Of a DNA stretch of 64,000 nt, positions 1-13,713 are shown one piece after another (positions within the stretch are counted from its first letter, which is position 1; each line of letters starts with the position of its first letter). The notes beneath the pieces were generated by a model. The model ran no database searches. It was not told where the DNA came from and worked only from the letters and a program-made list of their open reading frames with translations. This DNA comes from Nemertoderma westbladi (lineage: Eukaryota; Animalia; Xenacoelomorpha), in contig JAUCBJ010007457.1 of the NCBI GenBank assembly GCA_032718475.1, forward strand, positions 1 through 64,000, in the 5' to 3' direction. A program made the translations under genes and the position numbers.

Positions 1-26
1 GAAGACATCTTAATTTGGTGGGTTAA

Positions 27-959
27 ACTGCCAAAGGTCTGAAAGCGCGAACACTGGGTTCAATTTGTTATGCAGATGATATTCTCCTCATTGGAAAATC
101 CGCCCAGGAAATCGAGGACCAACTAATAATAGTGACCGAGAATCTAGCTAAAGTTCAACTAACCATCGAAGAAAGCAAGACACGTTGGATGTGTATATTG
201 GGCTATGGTCGCCATGAGCGTGACATCACAACTTTCCTCAATGTCAATGGCCGCCTGGTGCCTTGCAGCCAATCAATTAAGTTTTTGGGCTTTAAACTTC
301 ACTTCAATCCTAGGGCTCTGTCCGACTGCATTCAAACCATTGCCTCCATTTCCGAATCTTTCCATAGAAACGACTGGACTGTGCGGTGGCTAAATACAGC
401 GACCTTGAGTCATCTTTGGTCATCAATAGCAATCCCATGTATACTGTATAGCGTTAAATTCCTAGTTGGCTCATTGACGGACACCGAGTTGACTAAACTG
501 GAAGTCTACTATAGGCGAATACTCCGTGGTTTGCTACATTTGGGTAACTATGCCGGCAATCAAATTGTCTACAAACTGATGAAATGTAACCCTATCACAT
601 CCGATGCATTTGCAGCATCGCTTGGGACAATTTTGCGAGTTCCGAGGTGTCCAAAGTCCAATCTCCACATCACCCTCAGTTTCTTAACCCAACTGAATTC
701 CCAGACATCTAACAGTTTATACATAGGCCCCGGGTCGACTTGCAACAACTGCAGGCGTCTCTTCCCAATACCACCTATATCACCTCTGCTCAACTACGAC
801 TACAGTAAACCGGAGTTACTGTCAAGGTTTAAACCAGGGGCATTGACACCAGGTGAGACCGCCAACTACGAATTCATCCGGCAGTGCTATGACCATAGTG
901 GCGCAACATTTGACCACAAACACACACGTATACTAGAATTTTTCGACATACCGCACTGA
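27..959 (+). mobile_element. Non-LTR retrotransposon (LINE) fragment: reverse transcriptase C-terminal half
   Basis: The frame upstream of ORF 132-959 reads ...SICYADDILLIG (YADD at 69-80), followed by LTIEESKT and IKFLGF, which are RT domain 5-7 motifs. In-frame stop at 24-26. Confidence 0.75.
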
Positions 960-1239
960 TATCATCTGACATAACTTTCCAGTGGGTTCCTGAAATATTA
1001 AAACATACAATTACAACTGATTTGTCTCATTACAACTTCAGTGTCTTACATATGATTTTATTTCGTATATTGAAAACTTATTGATATCTTACCATATATT
1101 GTATATATACTGTCAACATGTATTGTATATAGATATTGTGTATCGTTCGCTACCATTTTAAATTGTGTTGTGTGTGCATACTTCACTGATTGACCATTTT
1201 AAATTGTCGGCACAGACCGAATCTAATATATTGAATTGA

Positions 1240-2140
1240 ATTGGTGCAAGTGTGTCTCCTTGGAGGACGCCCCATAACACTTCAAATGGTTCTGTGTCAC
1301 CGTCAACAGTAGACACAAATGTTGTCGAACCATCGTATACTGATCTGATTGCTGCAATAATTTTATCAGGAATCCCATATAATGAAAGTATGCTGAACAT
1401 ACGTGAGCGAGAGACTGAATCAAAGGCCTTGAAGAAGTCAACAAAGATAACAGCCAGATGCCTGTCTTTCTTTTTTGATAACTCTTCAATTATCCTTCTA
1501 AGTGCCAAAATGGGCTCCATGGTCCCACGACCTTTACGGAACCCATTCTGATTTCCACGTAGCAGTCTCTCAATGGGATCCCTGATGCGATTTAATAGAA
1601 TTCTATTGTATAGTTTTGCAGCAATCGAGATCAATGAGATTCCCCGAAAAGAACCATAGAGTGTTAGGTTGCCCTTCTTGGGAACTGGCACCAACTTATT
1701 TGTTTTCATTTCTTGTGGGACTCTTGTTGTACGGTACATGTCTACTATGATGGGGTAGAAGAGCTTTAAACACTCAGGTATTTTAAAGACCTCAGGGGGA
1801 ACACCATCTACTCCACTGGCACGATTGGTCTTAATGCTCTTTGCAGCAGCCTTCACTTCTGCAAAGGAGATATCGCTAATGGGGATATCTGGGAGTACAG
1901 ACTCAGACACTTTTACTTCTATAAAGTTATCAGGCAATACCCTGTCATTATTGAGGAGCTTTTCAAAGTGGGCTTTCCAACCATTGAGGCGATCGGCTGG
2001 TGATTCAGCCTTAACCTTGGTGGTTGGTTGGCTTTTCCGCCCAGTAAGCAGATTGATCGATTTCCATGCCTGGGATGATTGCCTGCTGTCGTCAGCACCA
2101 TTGATGGCATCAACCTGTTGGTTTATTAGCTCCTGTAGAT
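1240..2140 (-). mobile_element. Truncated LINE (RTE/L2-like) ORF2 fragment
   Basis: Contains ASGVDGVPPE, LVPVPKKG, FRGISLISIAAKLYNRILLNRI, QNGFRKGRGT, IFVDFFKAFDSV and GVLQGDTLAP. Homology stops before the YADD motif. Intronic. Confidence 0.9.
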
Positions 2141-2152
2141 TAACAGAGTACT

Positions 2153-2380
2153 GCCTGTCGGACAGACGGAACAATGGGACAGACGAGACAGACATATGGA
2201 AGAGGTCGGACAGACGGAACAATGGGACAGACTGATGGACAGTACCAACAGGTTGGGCAGGTAGAAAGACAGGCAGTATGGGACATACAAATGGAAAAGG
2301 ACATCGATGAAACAGACTGATGGGACAGACTGCGCGGGACATGCAGAGGGGCGGGACAGACAGACAGACATACATAGACG
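2153..2380. repeat. Low-complexity GACA-rich repeat with a short duplicated segment (gtcggacagacggaacaatgggacagac x2)
   Basis: Seen directly. Starts just after the donor of the 2387-2589 exon. Confidence 0.6.
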
Positions 2381-2386
2381 ACATAC

Positions 2387-2589
2387 CTATAAGTAACCAT
2401 GTATGTTCCGTCCCGTTTATCAGTTATTGTGGGGGTTAAAGTTGAACCTTCTTTATCAGTTATGGTACATCCAATAGGAGGTATCCTGCCATTGCACTGA
2501 GCCAGTATATGGCGAGCGTCCACAGTAAATTCTGTGTTCTGATTGGGTAGAACTCCGGATGGCTGAATGCCTGGTCCGAACGCCGTAAC
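2387..2589 (-). CDS. FLN: Filamin exon: Ig5 N-terminal part (last exon seen in the window)
   Basis: 203 nt, VTAFGPGIQPSGVLPNQNTEFTVDARH...ITDKRDGTYMVTY. Acceptor atcgtAG, donor AG|GTATGT, phase 0/2. Confidence 0.9.
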
Positions 2590-2843
2590 CTACGATTATA
2601 ATTATTGACATTATTTTACTCCAGAGTCAGACTTCCAACCTGGAGGTAACCAGTTCGACCCTCATTGATATCAATGCCAAACATGCTAAGTTGCTATCCA
2701 CGAAAATTTCAATGAAAAATCGTCCAAGTGAAGAATAACAGGGTTTTTAATTTTCCGTCAAATTAAATTTGAATTTTAAATTAATAAAATATTGAATTTC
2801 CCTGATTTAGTGGTCTATTGCGCTCATTTCAATCTTATAGCCC

Positions 2844-3137
2844 CTATAGACGCCCATGTGAAGAATACCAGGATTTCACTTTTCGGTCGACTTTTTATTG
2901 GAATTTTATATATGAAGATTTTTTATTTTTTAAAATTTATCTTTATTAAGTGTTTTATAGCGCTTATTTTTCTGTCTTATAACCTGTACATATACTAATT
3001 CGTTTATTGTTTTGGTTAGATTCAGCCCTTCCGTGACCTGTGTTTTTGGTAAAAAGCTGGTATTCTTCACATGGGGGTAACTGCAAAGTGAAATATAACG
3101 GCAGAAAGTCTGGTATTCTTCACGTGGGCCTCTATAG
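2844..3137. mobile_element. MITE-like element with ~28-bp terminal inverted repeats
   Basis: ctatagacgcccatgtgaagaataccag (2844-2871) is the reverse complement of ctggtattcttcacgtgggcctctatag (3110-3137) with 2 mismatches. An extra internal copy lies near 3058. The interior is AT-rich and non-coding. Confidence 0.5.
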
Positions 3138-3278
3138 ATACAAATTGGTTTAATGTTTTGGTTACTTTCAGCCCTTCTGTAACATGGGATTTTATAAAAA
3201 CCTGGTATATTCTGCATATAGTACAAACTGCAAAGTGAAATAAAGCAGCAGATAACTGCAGATGCAGCAGATAGTGGA

Positions 3279-6200
3279 GATAATAATGGTAAATAAGGTG
3301 TAGAACGTACCGGTATGGATTACAGTGGCGATAATAATGGTAAATAATGTGTAGAACGTACCGGTATAGATTACAGTGGCGATAATAATGGTAAATAATG
3401 TGTAGAACGTACCGGTATAGATTACAGTGGCGATAATAATGGTAAATAATGTGTAGAACGTACCGGTATGGATTACAGTGGCGATAATAATGGTAAATAA
3501 TGTGTAGAACGTACCGGTATAGATTACAGTGGCGATAATAATGGTAAATAATGTGTAGAACGTACCGGTATAGATTACAGTGGCGATAATAATGGTAAAT
3601 AATGTGTAGAACGTACCGGTATAGATTACAGTGGCGATAATAATGGTAAATAATGTGTAGAACGTACCGGTATGGATTACAGTGGCGATAATAATGGTAA
3701 ATAATGTGTAGAACGTACCGGTATGGATTACAGTGGCGATAATAATGGTAAATAATGTGTAGAACGTACCGGTATAGATTACAGTGGCGATAATAATGGT
3801 AAATAATGTGTAGAACGTACCGGTATAGATTACAGTGGCGATAATAATGGTAAATAATGTGTAGAACGTACCGGTATAGATTACAGTGGCGATAATAATG
3901 GTAAATAATGTGTAGAACGTACCGGTATAGATTACAGTGGCGATAATAATGGTAAATAATGTGTAGAACGTACCGGTATAGATTACAGTGGCGATAATAA
4001 TGGTAAATAATGTGTAGAACGTACCGGTATAGATTACAGTGGCGATAATAATGGTAAATAATGTGTAGAACGTACCGGTATAGATTACAGTGGCGATAAT
4101 AATGGTAAATAATGTGTAGAACGTACCGGTATAGATTACAGTGGCGATAATAATGGTAAATAATGTGTAGAACGTACCGGTATAGATTACAGTGGCGATA
4201 ATAATGGTAAATAATGTGTAGAACGTACCGGTATAGATTACAGTGGCGATAATAATGGTAAATAATGTGTAGAACGTACCGGTATAGATTACAGTGGCGA
4301 TAATAATGGTAAATAATGTGTAGAACGTACCGGTATAGATTACAGTGGCGATAATAATGGTAAATAATGTGTAGAACGTACCGGTATAGATTACAGTGGC
4401 GATAATAATGGTAAATAATGTGTAGAACGTACCGGTATAGATTACAGTGGCGATAATAATGGTAAATAATGTGTAGAACGTACCGGTATAGATTACAGTG
4501 GCGATAATAATGGTAAATAATGTGTAGAACGTACCGGTATAGATTACAGTGGCGATAATAATGGTAAATAATGTGTAGAACGTACCGGTATGGATTACAG
4601 TGGCGATAATAATGGTAAATAATGTGTAGAACGTACCGGTATAGATTACAGTGGCGATAATAATGGTAAATAATGTGTAGAACGTACCGGTATAGATTAC
4701 AGTGGCGATAATAATGGTAAATAATGTGTAGAACGTACCGGTATAGATTACAGTGGCGATAATAATGGTAAATAATGTGTAGAACGTACCGGTATAGATT
4801 ACAGTGGCGATAATAATGGTAAATAATGTGTAGAACGTACCGGTATAGATTACAGTGGCGATAATAATGGTAAATAATGTGTAGAACGTACCGGTATAGA
4901 TTACAGTGGCGATAATAATGGTAAATAATGTGTAGAACGTACCGGTATAGATTACAGTGGCGATAATAATGGTAAATAATGTGTAGAACGTACCGGTATA
5001 GATTACAGTGGCGATAATAATGGTAAATAATGTGTAGAACGTACCGGTATAGATTACAGTGGCGATAATAATGGTAAATAATGTGTAGAACGTACCGGTA
5101 TAGATTACAGTGGCGATAATAATGGTAAATAATGTGTAGAACGTACCGGTATAGATTACAGTGGCGATAATAATGGTAAATAATGTGTAGAACGTACCGG
5201 TATAGATTACAGTGGCGATAATAATGGTAAATAATGTGTAGAACGTACCGGTATAGATTACAGTGGCGATAATAATGGTAAATAATGTGTAGAACGTACC
5301 GGTATAGATTACAGTGGCGATAATAATGGTAAATAATGTGTAGAACGTACCGGTATAGATTACAGTGGCGATAATAATGGTAAATAATGTGTAGAACGTA
5401 CCGGTATAGATTACAGTGGCGATAATAATGGTAAATAATGTGTAGAACGTACCGGTATAGATTACAGTGGCGATAATAATGGTAAATAATGTGTAGAACG
5501 TACCGGTATAGATTACAGTGGCGATAATAATGGTAAATAATGTGTAGAACGTACCGGTATAGATTACAGTGGCGATAATAATGGTAAATAATGTGTAGAA
5601 CGTACCGGTATAGATTACAGTGGCGATAATAATGGTAAATAATGTGTAGAACGTACCGGTATAGATTACAGTGGCGATAATAATGGTAAATAATGTGTAG
5701 AACGTACCGGTATAGATTACAGTGGCGATAATAATGGTAAATAATGTGTAGAACGTACCGGTATAGATTACAGTGGCGATAATAATGGTAAATAATGTGT
5801 AGAACGTACCGGTATAGATTACAGTGGCGATAATAATGGTAAATAATGTGTAGAACGTACCGGTATAGATTACAGTGGCGATAATAATGGTAAATAATGT
5901 GTAGAACGTACCGGTATGGATTACAGTGGCGATAATAATGGTAAATAATGTGTAGAACGTACCGGTATAGATTACAGTGGCGATAATAATGGTAAATAAT
6001 GTGTAGAACGTACCGGTATAGATTACAGTGGCGATAATAATGGTAAATAATGTGTAGAACGTACCGGTATAGATTACAGTGGCGATAATAATGGTAAATA
6101 ATGTGTAGAACGTACCGGTATAGATTACAGTGGCGATAATAATGGTAAATAATGTGTAGAACGTACCGGTATAGATTACAGTGGCGATAATAATGGTAAA

Positions 6201-9200
6201 TAATGTGTAGAACGTACCGGTATAGATTACAGTGGCGATAATAATGGTAAATAATGTGTAGAACGTACCGGTATAGATTACAGTGGCGATAATAATGGTA
6301 AATAATGTGTAGAACGTACCGGTATAGATTACAGTGGCGATAATAATGGTAAATAATGTGTAGAACGTACCGGTATAGATTACAGTGGCGATAATAATGG
6401 TAAATAATGTGTAGAACGTACCGGTATAGATTACAGTGGCGATAATAATGGTAAATAATGTGTAGAACGTACCGGTATAGATTACAGTGGCGATAATAAT
6501 GGTAAATAATGTGTAGAACGTACCGGTATAGATTACAGTGGCGATAATAATGGTAAATAATGTGTAGAACGTACCGGTATAGATTACAGTGGCGATAATA
6601 ATGGTAAATAATGTGTAGAACGTACCGGTATAGATTACAGTGGCGATAATAATGGTAAATAATGTGTAGAACGTACCGGTATAGATTACAGTGGCGATAA
6701 TAATGGTAAATAATGTGTAGAACGTACCGGTATAGATTACAGTGGCGATAATAATGGTAAATAATGTGTAGAACGTACCGGTATAGATTACAGTGGCGAT
6801 AATAATGGTAAATAATGTGTAGAACGTACCGGTATAGATTACAGTGGCGATAATAATGGTAAATAATGTGTAGAACGTACCGGTATAGATTACAGTGGCG
6901 ATAATAATGGTAAATAATGTGTAGAACGTACCGGTATAGATTACAGTGGCGATAATAATGGTAAATAATGTGTAGAACGTACCGGTATAGATTACAGTGG
7001 CGATAATAATGGTAAATAATGTGTAGAACGTACCGGTATAGATTACAGTGGCGATAATAATGGTAAATAATGTGTAGAACGTACCGGTATAGATTACAGT
7101 GGCGATAATAATGGTAAATAATGTGTAGAACGTACCGGTATAGATTACAGTGGCGATAATAATGGTAAATAATGTGTAGAACGTACCGGTATAGATTACA
7201 GTGGCGATAATAATGGTAAATAATGTGTAGAACGTACCGGTATAGATTACAGTGGCGATAATAATGGTAAATAATGTGTAGAACGTACCGGTATAGATTA
7301 CAGTGGCGATAATAATGGTAAATAATGTGTAGAACGTACCGGTATAGATTACAGTGGCGATAATAATGGTAAATAATGTGTAGAACGTACCGGTATAGAT
7401 TACAGTGGCGATAATAATGGTAAATAATGTGTAGAACGTACCGGTATAGATTACAGTGGCGATAATAATGGTAAATAATGTGTAGAACGTACCGGTATAG
7501 ATTACAGTGGCGATAATAATGGTAAATAATGTGTAGAACGTACCGGTATAGATTACAGTGGCGATAATAATGGTAAATAATGTGTAGAACGTACCGGTAT
7601 AGATTACAGTGGCGATAATAATGGTAAATAATGTGTAGAACGTACCGGTATAGATTACAGTGGCGATAATAATGGTAAATAATGTGTAGAACGTACCGGT
7701 ATAGATTACAGTGGCGATAATAATGGTAAATAATGTGTAGAACGTACCGGTATAGATTACAGTGGCGATAATAATGGTAAATAATGTGTAGAACGTACCG
7801 GTATAGATTACAGTGGCGATAATAATGGTAAATAATGTGTAGAACGTACCGGTATAGATTACAGTGGCGATAATAATGGTAAATAATGTGTAGAACGTAC
7901 CGGTATAGATTACAGTGGCGATAATAATGGTAAATAATGTGTAGAACGTACCGGTATAGATTACAGTGGCGATAATAATGGTAAATAATGTGTAGAACGT
8001 ACCGGTATAGATTACAGTGGCGATAATAATGGTAAATAATGTGTAGAACGTACCGGTATAGATTACAGTGGCGATAATAATGGTAAATAATGTGTAGAAC
8101 GTACCGGTATAGATTACAGTGGCGATAATAATGGTAAATAATGTGTAGAACGTACCGGTATAGATTACAGTGGCGATAATAATGGTAAATAATGTGTAGA
8201 ACGTACCGGTATAGATTACAGTGGCGATAATAATGGTAAATAATGTGTAGAACGTACCGGTATAGATTACAGTGGCGATAATAATGGTAAATAATGTGTA
8301 GAACGTACCGGTATAGATTACAGTGGCGATAATAATGGTAAATAATGTGTAGAACGTACCGGTATAGATTACAGTGGCGATAATAATGGTAAATAATGTG
8401 TAGAACGTACCGGTATAGATTACAGTGGCGATAATAATGGTAAATAATGTGTAGAACGTACCGGTATAGATTACAGTGGCGATAATAATGGTAAATAATG
8501 TGTAGAACGTACCGGTATAGATTACAGTGGCGATAATAATGGTAAATAATGTGTAGAACGTACCGGTATAGATTACAGTGGCGATAATAATGGTAAATAA
8601 TGTGTAGAACGTACCGGTATAGATTACAGTGGCGATAATAATGGTAAATAATGTGTAGAACGTACCGGTATAGATTACAGTGGCGATAATAATGGTAAAT
8701 AATGTGTAGAACGTACCGGTATAGATTACAGTGGCGATAATAATGGTAAATAATGTGTAGAACGTACCGGTATAGATTACAGTGGCGATAATAATGGTAA
8801 ATAATGTGTAGAACGTACCGGTATAGATTACAGTGGCGATAATAATGGTAAATAATGTGTAGAACGTACCGGTATAGATTACAGTGGCGATAATAATGGT
8901 AAATAATGTGTAGAACGTACCGGTATAGATTACAGTGGCGATAATAATGGTAAATAATGTGTAGAACGTACCGGTATAGATTACAGTGGCGATAATAATG
9001 GTAAATAATGTGTAGAACGTACCGGTATAGATTACAGTGGCGATAATAATGGTAAATAATGTGTAGAACGTACCGGTATAGATTACAGTGGCGATAATAA
9101 TGGTAAATAATGTGTAGAACGTACCGGTATAGATTACAGTGGCGATAATAATGGTAAATAATGTGTAGAACGTACCGGTATAGATTACAGTGGCGATAAT

Positions 9201-9730
9201 AATGGTAAATAATGTGTAGAACGTACCGGTATAGATTACAGTGGCGATAATAATGGTAAATAATGTGTAGAACGTACCGGTATAGATTACAGTGGCGATA
9301 ATAATGGTAAATAATGTGTAGAACGTACCGGTATAGATTACAGTGGCGATAATAATGGTAAATAATGTGTAGAACGTACCGGTATAGATTACAGTGGCGA
9401 TAATAATGGTAAATAATGTGTAGAACGTACCGGTATAGATTACAGTGGCGATAATAATGGTAAATAATGTGTAGAACGTACCGGTATAGATTACAGTGGC
9501 GATAATAATGGTAAATAATGTGTAGAACGTACCGGTATAGATTACAGTGGCGATAATAATGGTAAATAATGTGTAGAACGTACCGGTATAGATTACAGTG
9601 GCGATAATAATGGTAAATAATGTGTAGAACGTACCGGTATAGATTACAGTGGCGATAATAATGGTAAATAATGTGTAGAACGTACCGGTATAGATTACAG
9701 TGGCGATAATAATGGTAAATAATGTGTATA
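3279..9730. repeat. 51-bp tandem array, ~126 near-identical copies, starting at a filamin donor site
   Basis: Unit gataataatggtaaataatgtgtagaacgtaccggtatagattacagtggc. The only recurrent variant is one A>G. Confidence 0.97.
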
Positions 9731-9736
9731 ACATAC

Positions 9737-9874
9737 CTTATCCGCCCTGAATGGAACTGCGGGAGTTATTTGGGCCATAAACGGACTCCCTTTTATATCC
9801 TGTTCATCGCAGGTAACGTGTACCGCGTACTCACCCACTGCAGTGGGCCAGTACTTTACCGAACACGATCCATC
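9737..9874 (-). CDS. FLN: Filamin exon: Ig4 C-terminal part
   Basis: 138 nt, [46 protein letters not shown] ('DGSC.V.YWP...GEYAVHV.C...DI..SPFMA.I'). Acceptor gtacAG, donor AAG|GTATGT. Confidence 0.95.
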
Positions 9875-10319
9875 CTGTACGATTAATTAATTAGCTAATT
9901 AAAATAAAGTCAGCAATGATTTATATTCACGCAGCAACGTAAACCGAAGTTTAAATTTATTTTTTTATATATTATCTACTATTTTATATGATTAATATGA
10001 ACACGATGTTAATATAATATGTAACAATACAATAAAGTTGGTTTGGTTACCTCGGTTCATTTGAACACAAATATACAGAGATATCTTCCTGCCGCCTTTA
10101 TTGCTGGCTCACTAACACAAATGTGTTACACTCAACCCAATGTAATTAGGGTTAGAGCTTAGTGGAGGGTTTATAAGTTAAACACCGCACATACGATACA
10201 GCGCAGGATAATAAATATTAAAAAGTTGTTACTTTAAAAGGAAATTATAACATACTATGGTGTACCAACGTATTAATAAATATACATATATTTATATTAA
10301 ACTGATTTTTTCTTACTCA

Positions 10320-11278
10320 CCCAACCCCATGGCTCGCCCCAAACCAACCTTGTTATCGACCTACCCACCCCCACCCCCATGGCTCGCTTCACACCAACCT
10401 TGTTAACGACCCACCCAATACCATGGCTGGCCCCACACCAACCTTGTTAACGACACAACCACCGCCCGCCCATCGCCCCCGTGGCAGGACAATTGCCCCA
10501 CTGGACAATTGCCCCCCGGACAATTGGCCCCCGGACAATTGCCCACCTGAGGACAATTGCCCCCCGAGGACAATTGTCACCCGGACATAGTCTCTTGGAG
10601 AATTGCCCCCGAACAGTTGCCCCCGGACAATTGTCCCCCGAGGACAATTGCCACCCGGACAAGGGGGGGGGGGGGGCAATTGTCATAGTTTCGCTCGCCC
10701 AACACCAACCTTGTTATCCACCCCCCCCCCCCCCCCTTCCCATGGCTCGCCCCACACCAACCTTGTTATCGACCCCCCCACCTCCCCATTCCCATGGCTC
10801 GCCCCACACCAACCTTGTTATCGACCCCACCCCCATTCCCATGGCTCGCCCCACACCAACCTTGTTATCCACACCCCCCTACCCCATTCCCATGGCTCGC
10901 CCCACACCAACCTTGTTATCGACCCCCCCACCTCCCCATTCCCATGGCTCGCCCCACACCAACCTTGTTATCGACCCCACCCCCATTCCCATGGCTCGCC
11001 CCACACCAACCATGTTATCCAAACCCCCCTACCCCATTCCCATGGCTCGCCCCACACCAACCTTGTTATCGACCCCCCCCCCCCTCCCCATTCCCTGGCT
11101 CGCCCCACACCAACCATGTTATCGACCTCACCCACCCCCATTCCCATGGCTCGCCCCACACCAACCTTGTTATCCACACCCCTCTACCCCATTCCCATGA
11201 CTCGCCCCACACCAACCTTGTTATCCACACCCCTCTACCCCATTCCCATGGCTCGCCCCACACCAACCTTGTTATCGA
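10320..11278. repeat. ~50-55-bp C-rich tandem array that copies the exon/donor junction
   Basis: Unit cccatggctcgccccacaccaaccttgttatcga+C-tract. On the minus strand this is TCGATAACAAG|GTTGGTGTGGGGCGAGCCATGGG. Confidence 0.92.
10486..10690. repeat. Short ggacaattgccccc repeat block with a terminal inverted copy, nested in the C-rich array
   Basis: About 9 copies of ggacaattg(c/t)ccc, followed by the inverted ggggcaattgtc at ~10673-10684. Confidence 0.7.
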
Positions 11279-11438
11279 ATGCATCTATTTTCGCCTCTGA
11301 AGGTCCCTCTATAGAGAACCCCAGAGCTCCACCGGTCTCACCCCTTGTCTCCACTGTAAAGTCCGCTGATTGGCTGACTGTCCCATACTCAAGTCCTGGT
11401 CCGTAGGCTATAACTCTATGGGCACTCTTTCTAGCAAC
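11268..11438 (-). CDS. FLN: Filamin exon: Ig4 N-terminal part
   Basis: 171 nt, [57 protein letters not shown] ('LGFS.EGPS.AKI' motif of Ig4). Acceptor tttatccAG, donor AAG|GTTGGT, phase 0/0. Confidence 0.94.
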
Positions 11439-12000
11439 CTGGATAAAGTAACAAATTATGAGACAGAAGGGAAAGGTTAATATCTCGTCTCAATGTTCAA
11501 TTATAAATTAAGGGAAAGGGGCAGGTTTCAGTGAAATCAATATAACAGGTTAGAGATTCATTTTTAGGAGTAATCAGCTGTTATTTACGTCGATTTTACC
11601 CTGGAGATGGTCGAATTCTCATTGCTACTTGATCAGAACATTATAGGCCTACCTACAGTTTATTAATATTATCTTACAATTTTTTATATCTAAATTTTTG
11701 TAAAAAAAGTTTTATGTAAAATAATAAAACAATTAATTACTGTACACCACAAGAGTCGTGGATTAGACCTAAACAGTAAAACATTATATTACTAAATTAT
11801 TTATAATAGTAATAATTTACCATTACGCTATGAAACGAAATATATAGCGTATGTAAACTAGTTAAAAATAATAGGTACATTAATTGATTAAATATTGCAT
11901 CAAAGTAGATAAGATATAGGAAGTATATTTACTAGTAGATAAGTATTATAGCAAGTTCACTAAGTTATAACAAATTGTAGCGCTTGCAGTTGCCTGATCC

Positions 12001-13203
12001 GGTAGTTACTGCTAGTAGCTAGTAGCTAGTTGCTAGTTGCTAAAAGCTAGTAGCTAGTTGCTAGTAGCTAGTTGCTAATAGGTAGTTGCTAGTAGCTAGT
12101 AGCTAGTTGCTAGTAGCTAGTAGCTAGTTGCTAGTTGCTAAAAGCTAGTAGCTAGTTGCTAGTAGCTAGTTGCTAATAGGTAGTTGCTAGTAGCTAGTAG
12201 CTAGTTGCTAGTAGCTAGTTGCTAGTAGCTAGTAGCTAGTTGCTAATAGCTAGTTGCTAGTAGCTAGTTGCTAATAGCTAGTTGCTAGTTGCTAGTTGCT
12301 AATAGCTAGTTGCTAGTAGCTAGTTGCTAGTTGCCAGTTGCTAGTAGCTAGTTGCTAGTAGCTAGTTGCTAATAGCTAGTTGCTAGTAGCTAGTTGCTAG
12401 TTGCTAGTTGCTAGTTGCTAATAGCTAGTAGCTAGTTGCTAGTTGCTAATAGCTAGTTGCTAGTAGCTAGTTGCTAGTTGCTAATAGCGAGTAGCTAATA
12501 GCTAAGCTAGTTGGTAGTAGCTAGTTGCTAATAGCTAGTTGTTAGTAGCTAGTTGTTAGTTGTTAGTAGCTAGTTGCTAATAGCTAGTTGCTAATAGCTA
12601 GTTGGTAGTAGCTAGTTGCTAGTTGCCTGTTGCTAGTAGCCAGTAGCTAGTTGCTAGTAGCTAGTTGCTAGTAGCTAGTTGCTAGTAGCTAGTTGTTAGT
12701 AGCTAGTTGCTAATAGCTAGTTGCTAATAGCTAGTTGGTAGTAGCTAGTTGCTAGTTGCTAGTTGCCAGTAGCTAGTTGCTAGTAGCTAGTTGTTAGTAG
12801 CTAGTTGCTAATAGCTAGTTGCTAGTTGCTAGTAGCTAGTTGCAAGTAGCTAGTTGCTAGTAGCTAGTTGCTAGTAGCCAGTAGCTAGTGGCTAGTTGAT
12901 AGTTGCTAGTTGCTAGTAGCTAGTGGCTATTGGCTAGTAGCTAGTTGCTAGTAGCTAGTTGCTAGTTGCTAGTAGCTAGTAGCTAGTTGCTAGTAGCCAG
13001 TTGCTAGTAGCTAGTTGCTAGTAGCTAGTTGCAAGTAGCTAGTTGCTAGTAGCTAGTTGCTAGTAGCCAGTAGCTAGTGGCTAGTTGATAGTTGCTAGTA
13101 GCTAGTGGCTATTGGCTAATAGCTAGTTGCTAGTAGCTAGTTGCTAGTAGCTAGTTGCTAGTAGCCAGTTGCTAGTAGCTAGTTGCTAGTTGCTAGTAGA
13201 TAG
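12001..13203. repeat. 7-bp-period simple repeat (gctagta/gctagtt)
   Basis: Seen directly. Mosaic of tagctag and ttgctag units. Confidence 0.95.
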
Positions 13204-13713
13204 TATATAAAATTATAAAAAATTAAAAGATTTATTTGCGGAAGTTGGCGCCATCGCCATAGAATAGTTTCATCTATATCTATCTACCAATATCTAATTA
13301 AATAGTTTTGGGAATAACACTGAGAATTAAACTCTAATTATATAACAACCAGAACGTATATATATTATAAATTCGCACTCCTTAGGTTTCTGAAACGCTG
13401 CAACGATTTTTATTTTCGGCGATTGTTACTTACGCAAACAAATATTATAGATAATCATAATATTCATAAGATGAATATATAAAAGCAGAAATTTAGCATA
13501 TTATTATTATTATTATTCTTTCTTTTCGTACATTATAACGTGGGCAAACACATATAAGTACAGCAATACCAAGTACATAGCACAGGTACAGTAGAGCGTA
13601 CATACAGAGTGATAATAGTGCATTACATTGTTATTTAATAACGGCACTCAATAAATCTAACATTGTAACAATTATGTTCTGCAATGTTAAGTTTGGAATA
13701 AATTATTAAACTA

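Noticed and set aside
3192-9734. 2,180-aa hydrophobic ORF ([17 protein letters not shown])n
   Set aside because: It is a stop-free frame of a 51-bp (multiple of 3) intronic satellite with essentially no synonymous variation. Not a credible membrane protein.
10389-11406. Proline-rich or extensin-like ORFs
   Set aside because: They are translations of the C-rich junction array and the antisense of a filamin exon.
12001-13203. Possible telomere-like repeat
   Set aside because: The 7-bp GCTAGT(A/T) mosaic does not match known telomeric motifs and is internal to an intron.
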